This document shows, piece by piece, positions 59,423 to 64,000 of a stretch of DNA of 64,000 nt. The position numbers were made by a program, and so were the translations under genes. The DNA is from an uncultured bacterium (GTDB lineage Bacteria; Babelota; Babeliae; Babelales; Vermiphilaceae). Under the pieces are notes generated by a model. The model had not been told where the DNA came from. It made no database searches and saw nothing but the letters and a program-made list of their open reading frames with translations. The stretch's first letter is position 1; each line of letters starts with the position of its first letter. The stretch spans positions 992,001 through 1,056,000 of the forward strand of contig OY968764.1 of assembly GCA_963695335.1 (NCBI GenBank), given 5' to 3'.

Positions 59423-60418
59423 ATGAAAATACGTACTATTTTCCTACCAATCGTATTTTTTTGTGTTACAGGCATGCAAAGCACTCTGAGCATGAATATG
59501 GCAATTACAGTCGCAAAAGGAGCAGTAAGTGGTCTCTGTTCAACAGCAGAAATAATGATGACTTGCGCGCCATTGCTTGATAAATGCTTATTAAATCCTG
59601 CTGATCGTCAAGCAGAAAAGCTAAAAAATACACAATCTAACGCTCCAGAATCTGTTACTCATTTTGTTACAAAGATAGCACACTCAAGAGGCATTAATAA
59701 TGTTAAAGTTGTTCTTGCTGGTGATGCGCATGACTATAGCACCAACGACAATGGCAATATTATCTTCATCCCAAACAAACAAGCTCAAGAGCTTACAACA
59801 TTACTTGGCAAATCAACCTTAACATCTGAAGAACAAGAACAACTGAATGAACATACTGGTACGTTGCATCATGAACTAACTCATGGTACTATGCGTAGTC
59901 TTAAATACGCTCCCATGTATGATGCTGCTATTGGAACAGCTGGAGCTCTATCATTATCTACTGCACTAACACGCTTTACGCATAAATATTATCCAAGCAT
60001 TCAGCAAAACTTTGCTTTACGCAACGCTTTTAAACTTACACGTGGTGCGTTAGTACTACCTTTTGCTGTTAATTTGATGAACATGAATTTTTACAAAAAA
60101 TATGATGAGTTAAAAGCTGATGATGGCATACCTAATGAAAAAGATTTGCTTATAGCGCAAATAAAAAGACATGAAAAACGTCATGATATACATTTACACT
60201 ATGTAGATGTTATTAAAGAACGTGCATCATTTGGTAATATTATTTCACCACCTGAAGGAAATGATTTCACTAGACCTCAACTCTTTGCCATGAAAACGCT
60301 TCCTAAAAGCTTATTTAATAAGCCAATTGTCATGGATGCCGTCTTTCATGCAAATACAGAACATCCAAGTGATTTACGACGTGCTAATAGATTTAAAGAT
60401 AGACTGGCAAAGCTATAA
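59423..60418 (+). CDS. Secreted M48-like zinc metallopeptidase
   Basis: HHELTH, ELKAD, HPSDLRRA motifs. Confidence 0.7.
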   Translation: MKIRTIFLPIVFFCVTGMQSTLSMNMAITVAKGAVSGLCSTAEIMMTCAPLLDKCLLNPADRQAEKLKNTQSNAPESVTHFVTKIAHSRGINNVKVVLAGDAHDYSTNDNGNIIFIPNKQAQELTTLLGKSTLTSEEQEQLNEHTGTLHHELTHGTMRSLKYAPMYDAAIGTAGALSLSTALTRFTHKYYPSIQQNFALRNAFKLTRGALVLPFAVNLMNMNFYKKYDELKADDGIPNEKDLLIAQIKRHEKRHDIHLHYVDVIKERASFGNIISPPEGNDFTRPQLFAMKTLPKSLFNKPIVMDAVFHANTEHPSDLRRANRFKDRLAKL

Positions 60419-60525
60419 TAAGTAATAGCGCAATAAACTGATTACAAATGTTGCGCTCAGGACAAGCACAGGATAAAATTAATTACATGGGTTACTTAAT
60501 GAAAATTAATGATAAGGGATCAAAA

Positions 60526-62154
60526 ATGATATCTTTTTATAAAAAAACTGTTGTCATAATGACAATTTTTTTTGGAACAAGCATCCACTCATCTGAATAT
60601 ACGATGAAGTCCGTTGCAAAAACATGGCTACCATCTTCAGTGTATGCAGCATTAAAAAAATGGGTTTTTTATCAACCAAAATATGTAAAACTCCAAAAAC
60701 AGTACGAAAAAGAAAAATACAAAACGGTTATCGAAAATCCACAACAATCTGCACAAGAACTACGCGCTGCAATACAAAATAGTGCAGTTCTTAACCAGCA
60801 ACTCAAAGACAATCCCAATCTATTCCTTCTCGGTGCATCATCATCTTCTTATCAAATTGAAGGTGGCTTAGATGATGTCAATGCGACCGCTCAATTTAAT
60901 AAAAAACGAAGCCTGGAAATGGCAGGCGATGCAATTGATTTTTGGAATCGTTATAAAACAGATATTCCACAAATGAAAAACGAACTTGGCATTAATAGCT
61001 TTAGACTCACGCTTGAATGGGGACGAGTACAACCCACAAAAGATACATGGGATGAAGACGCCATCGCAACATACGTTGATATTATAAAACAGTTAAAAGC
61101 ACATGGTATAGAACCTGTATTAGAACTTAATCACTATACAATACCGCTGTGGTTTGCACAGTTAAAAGGCTTTGAAAAAATAGAAAATAACCAATATTTT
61201 GTAAGGTTTGGAGAAAGAATGTATGAAGCCTTACATGAACATGCTACGTATTGGTCAAGTTTTTGCGCCATTGAAGGGTATGCATTCAAAAGTTACTATC
61301 AAGCAGACAATGAACCTGGAGAAAAAAATCTTCAAAAAACAATGGAAGTAATGTCTAACATGCTTGAAGCGCATGTTGATGTGTATCAAGCAATCAAAGC
61401 TTTATATAAAGAAAAATCTGCAACCAATAAAAATATACCCAATCCACAAATTGGTATTCAGAAAAATATCGTTCCATTAGATGCTGTTAATAAAACATGG
61501 AGACAGACAATTAACTGGCCTGTATCAAAACTGTTTACCATGATGGGTGAAGCTGCGCAAAATAAAGGTTTTTTTAACTTCTTTAACACTGGATCTTTTA
61601 AGGTATGGCTTCCAACAAAGGCATACGTAAAAACAGAATATAATCCTCATGCAAAAAAATCTCTTGATTGGATTGGCGTTAACATATATTCAAATATGTA
61701 CATGCTATGGAGTCAGCGCCAAGAAGAAACAGTTACAGACAGACAGACAGCAAACGTAAATTATAGAGATTACCCTGAAGGTATCTATCGCGCGGTAGAC
61801 ACTATAAATACCAATATTGCAAAACCATTAAACATTCCGATTATTGTTATTGAAAATGGTATTGCAACAGATAACACTGATGCGGGGAATGCAAAGCGAA
61901 CTCGCTTTTTCCAAAGAACTTTGTTTACTATTCGCAAATTGATTGAAGACAATTACAATGTTATTGGGTATACGCCATGGTCAGCCCATGATAATTATGA
62001 GTGGCCAAGTGTTGAGCAACCTGATCCTTGGGATTCGCGCCGTTATGGATTTTTCCATGTAAATTTTGATAAAAAATCGCCTAATTACTTACAAAGAACT
62101 TTAAAAACAGGCGCACATTATTACCGTGATTTTCTAAGATCATTCTCTGATTAA
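60526..62154 (+). CDS. Glycoside hydrolase family 1 with signal peptide
   Basis: SSYQIEG, FRLTLEWGRV, NHYTIPLWF, IENG nucleophile, DNYEW..RYGF; likely start 60526 after aaggga. Confidence 0.88.
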   Translation: MISFYKKTVVIMTIFFGTSIHSSEYTMKSVAKTWLPSSVYAALKKWVFYQPKYVKLQKQYEKEKYKTVIENPQQSAQELRAAIQNSAVLNQQLKDNPNLFLLGASSSSYQIEGGLDDVNATAQFNKKRSLEMAGDAIDFWNRYKTDIPQMKNELGINSFRLTLEWGRVQPTKDTWDEDAIATYVDIIKQLKAHGIEPVLELNHYTIPLWFAQLKGFEKIENNQYFVRFGERMYEALHEHATYWSSFCAIEGYAFKSYYQADNEPGEKNLQKTMEVMSNMLEAHVDVYQAIKALYKEKSATNKNIPNPQIGIQKNIVPLDAVNKTWRQTINWPVSKLFTMMGEAAQNKGFFNFFNTGSFKVWLPTKAYVKTEYNPHAKKSLDWIGVNIYSNMYMLWSQRQEETVTDRQTANVNYRDYPEGIYRAVDTINTNIAKPLNIPIIVIENGIATDNTDAGNAKRTRFFQRTLFTIRKLIEDNYNVIGYTPWSAHDNYEWPSVEQPDPWDSRRYGFFHVNFDKKSPNYLQRTLKTGAHYYRDFLRSFSD

Positions 62155-62163
62155 AAAAAATAG

Positions 62164-62226
62164 CTACCGCTCAAACTCTTTTTCTATAGTACTGAGTTGT
62201 CGTTGCAATTTTGCATCTTCAAGGAT
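62164..62226 (-). pseudogene. Displaced copy of the last 20 codons plus stop of dnaA
   Basis: Translates ILEDAKLQRQLSTIEKEFER*, identical to the DnaA C-terminus; 7 nucleotide differences, all silent. Confidence 0.92.
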
Positions 62227-62308
62227 ATAAGTGACGTTTTACTGATAATGATGTGACTGTATATAAAAATGGATAAATAAATTACTAAAATAATCTTGAG
62301 GATATGAC

Positions 62309-63310
62309 ATGAAATATATATCAACATTGTTTTTATTGGTTATAATGCCTGTTTTAGGACAAGAATTACCATGGTATAAAGATAAAGAAACTATTAGAGG
62401 CCGAATTTATAAAAATTTATCTGTTCCTGCAATTAATACGTTTCAATTAATCCAATCAAAAATATCTTCTGCATTGACAATGACAACGAGCTATGTGAAT
62501 AAAAATATATTTCAAAAAAAGATCACATCTATTGAATCAGAATTGAAAAATATTGAAAATGATTTACGGTCACAAGAGCATAAAACAATAGATACTATTT
62601 TTCGCAAAAATGAATTAGATGAATCAACTATACCTTTTTGCTTTGAGATACTTAATGATCTTAAAAAATTCGGCCAAGAATACATGAGTAAACCTGAACC
62701 AAATATTCATCATGATACAATAATTCCAGTAGAATTATCCATAATGCTTATTAAATGTTTAAAGCAAGATGCTATCAATCCCAATAGTATTAATATTATT
62801 GATAAAAGAAATGATGAAGCCTTACAGAAAGAAGTTTTTGAAGACGCAATAGCCATGGCTCCTTATCATAATTGGAGCGTTCTAGAAGGACGACTTATCA
62901 TACATAAAGAACATCCTCAATTTTATGGCACTATTGTATTATTACCTAAAATAAAAAAAGTTAATTCCAATGATGAACAAGAAGCAATGATAACACATGA
63001 ATGTGAACATATTAAAGAGCAGCACAGTGTAACATGTGCTGTTATTAAAAGTTGCTTATATCGTTTAACTGATAATTATAATGAAGAACAACTATTGAAT
63101 AGTCCAGAATGGCATAATCTTACTAATATTCATGAGCAACAAGCAGAAATTTTCCCTAGTTTGCGTGATCCCAAGGTTGCTTCATTAATGAGAAAAATGC
63201 GAGAAAAACATCATTACACAGGCACTCTTTATGAAAATCATTATAATAACCTGAGTAAAATCGATGAAATGTGGAAGCAACATAATTGGTTAAAAAAGCA
63301 AATTAAATAA
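62309..63310 (+). CDS. Secreted HExxH zinc-metallopeptidase-like protein
   Basis: Signal peptide; THECEH and HEQQAE motifs. Confidence 0.7.
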   Translation: MKYISTLFLLVIMPVLGQELPWYKDKETIRGRIYKNLSVPAINTFQLIQSKISSALTMTTSYVNKNIFQKKITSIESELKNIENDLRSQEHKTIDTIFRKNELDESTIPFCFEILNDLKKFGQEYMSKPEPNIHHDTIIPVELSIMLIKCLKQDAINPNSINIIDKRNDEALQKEVFEDAIAMAPYHNWSVLEGRLIIHKEHPQFYGTIVLLPKIKKVNSNDEQEAMITHECEHIKEQHSVTCAVIKSCLYRLTDNYNEEQLLNSPEWHNLTNIHEQQAEIFPSLRDPKVASLMRKMREKHHYTGTLYENHYNNLSKIDEMWKQHNWLKKQIK

Positions 63311-63411
63311 ATCATTAATACTGGATACTGTGTTTCACTCAAATCAGCCATAGCGCAATAAACATCGTAATTAGTTTATTGCGCTATTATTTTTAATCAA
63401 AAACAATCTTT

Positions 63412-64000
63412 TTACCGCTCGAACTCTTTTTCTATAGTACTGAGTTGCCGCTGCAGCTTTGCATCTTCAAGAATGCACTGTTCTATTTTAGAAATGGCAT
63501 GTTTAACCGTTGTATGATTTCGATCTCCAAGATACGCACCAATTTCTCGTAATGATTTATTGGTGTGTTTTTTCATGATATACATGGTAAGTTGCCGAAC
63601 TAAGGCCAACTCCTTATTTCTGTTCTGTGACCTCAATTCATCCAATGAATAAGGAAAATGCTTGGCAACAGCCCTCACAACAACTTTAAAATCAATCCCT
63701 TGCTTTTCTGCCGGAACTTCATCATTAAAAAAGACTTTTTGCACCAAAGCTAAGCTAATCGGTTCCTTTGTTAAATGAGCAAACGCAATGACGCGTATCA
63801 ACGCCCCTTCAAGTTCTCTGATGTTAGAAGTGACATACGAAGCAAGAAAATGAGCCACTTCATCACTCAAAAACTCACCGCTTACTTCAGCTTTTCTTTT
63901 TAAAATAGCAGTTTTAACCTCAATACAGGGCTGGTGAATATCTGCAATCATACCTGATGCTAATCGTGATCGTAAACGCTCTGCTATACCATTAATATTT
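63412..64000 (-). CDS. dnaA: Chromosomal replication initiator DnaA (3' part; continues beyond window)
   Basis: ERLRSRLASG, SNIRELEGAL, RQLTMY, SLREIG...RNHTTVKHA. Confidence 0.96.
   Translation of the reverse strand, partial: NINGIAERLRSRLASGMIADIHQPCIEVKTAILKRKAEVSGEFLSDEVAHFLASYVTSNIRELEGALIRVIAFAHLTKEPISLALVQKVFFNDEVPAEKQGIDFKVVVRAVAKHFPYSLDELRSQNRNKELALVRQLTMYIMKKHTNKSLREIGAYLGDRNHTTVKHAISKIEQCILEDAKLQRQLSTIEKEFER

Noticed and set aside
63311..63411. oriC next to dnaA
   Set aside because: No DnaA-box cluster; the only perfect TTATCCACA noticed is inside a CDS near 23643.
62164..63474. DGR-type template for dnaA
   Set aside because: Differences are all synonymous and no RT is present; recombination scar fits better.

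Overview
AT-rich bacterial chromosome segment. Gene content and protein style suggest an intracellular parasite of protists such as Dependentiae/Babelota (TM6); this is an inference, not a database result. 1-15.4 kb: four large fibre/adhesin genes with glycine/asparagine-rich repeats and C-terminal peptidase-S74-type chaperone domains; the three complete ones carry signal peptides and share an N-terminal domain. Housekeeping genes: ruvC, dnaB, rplI, argR, a heavily frameshifted ileS, murD, ftsW, thyX, pepA, rpiB, a LolC/E-type permease, pgk and the 3' part of dnaA. Also two HtrA paralogs, three pilin-like genes, a tyrosine recombinase, a histone-H1-like protein and an FtsH homolog lacking the protease motif. 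Best candidate for an undescribed system: about 12 secreted ORFs in which the predicted signal-peptide cut is immediately followed by Met. Several then carry what look like eukaryotic nuclear or mitochondrial targeting signals plus eukaryote-like domains (F-box, Skp1/BTB-LRR, J-domain, ankyrin, C2H2 array). Other signals: a synonymously recoded copy of the dnaA 3' end flanking an inserted gene, a duplicated terminator at ileS flanking a 3-gene block, and a modular REP family with nested insertions and one copy in frame inside pgk. No rRNA, tRNA or CRISPR array seen.
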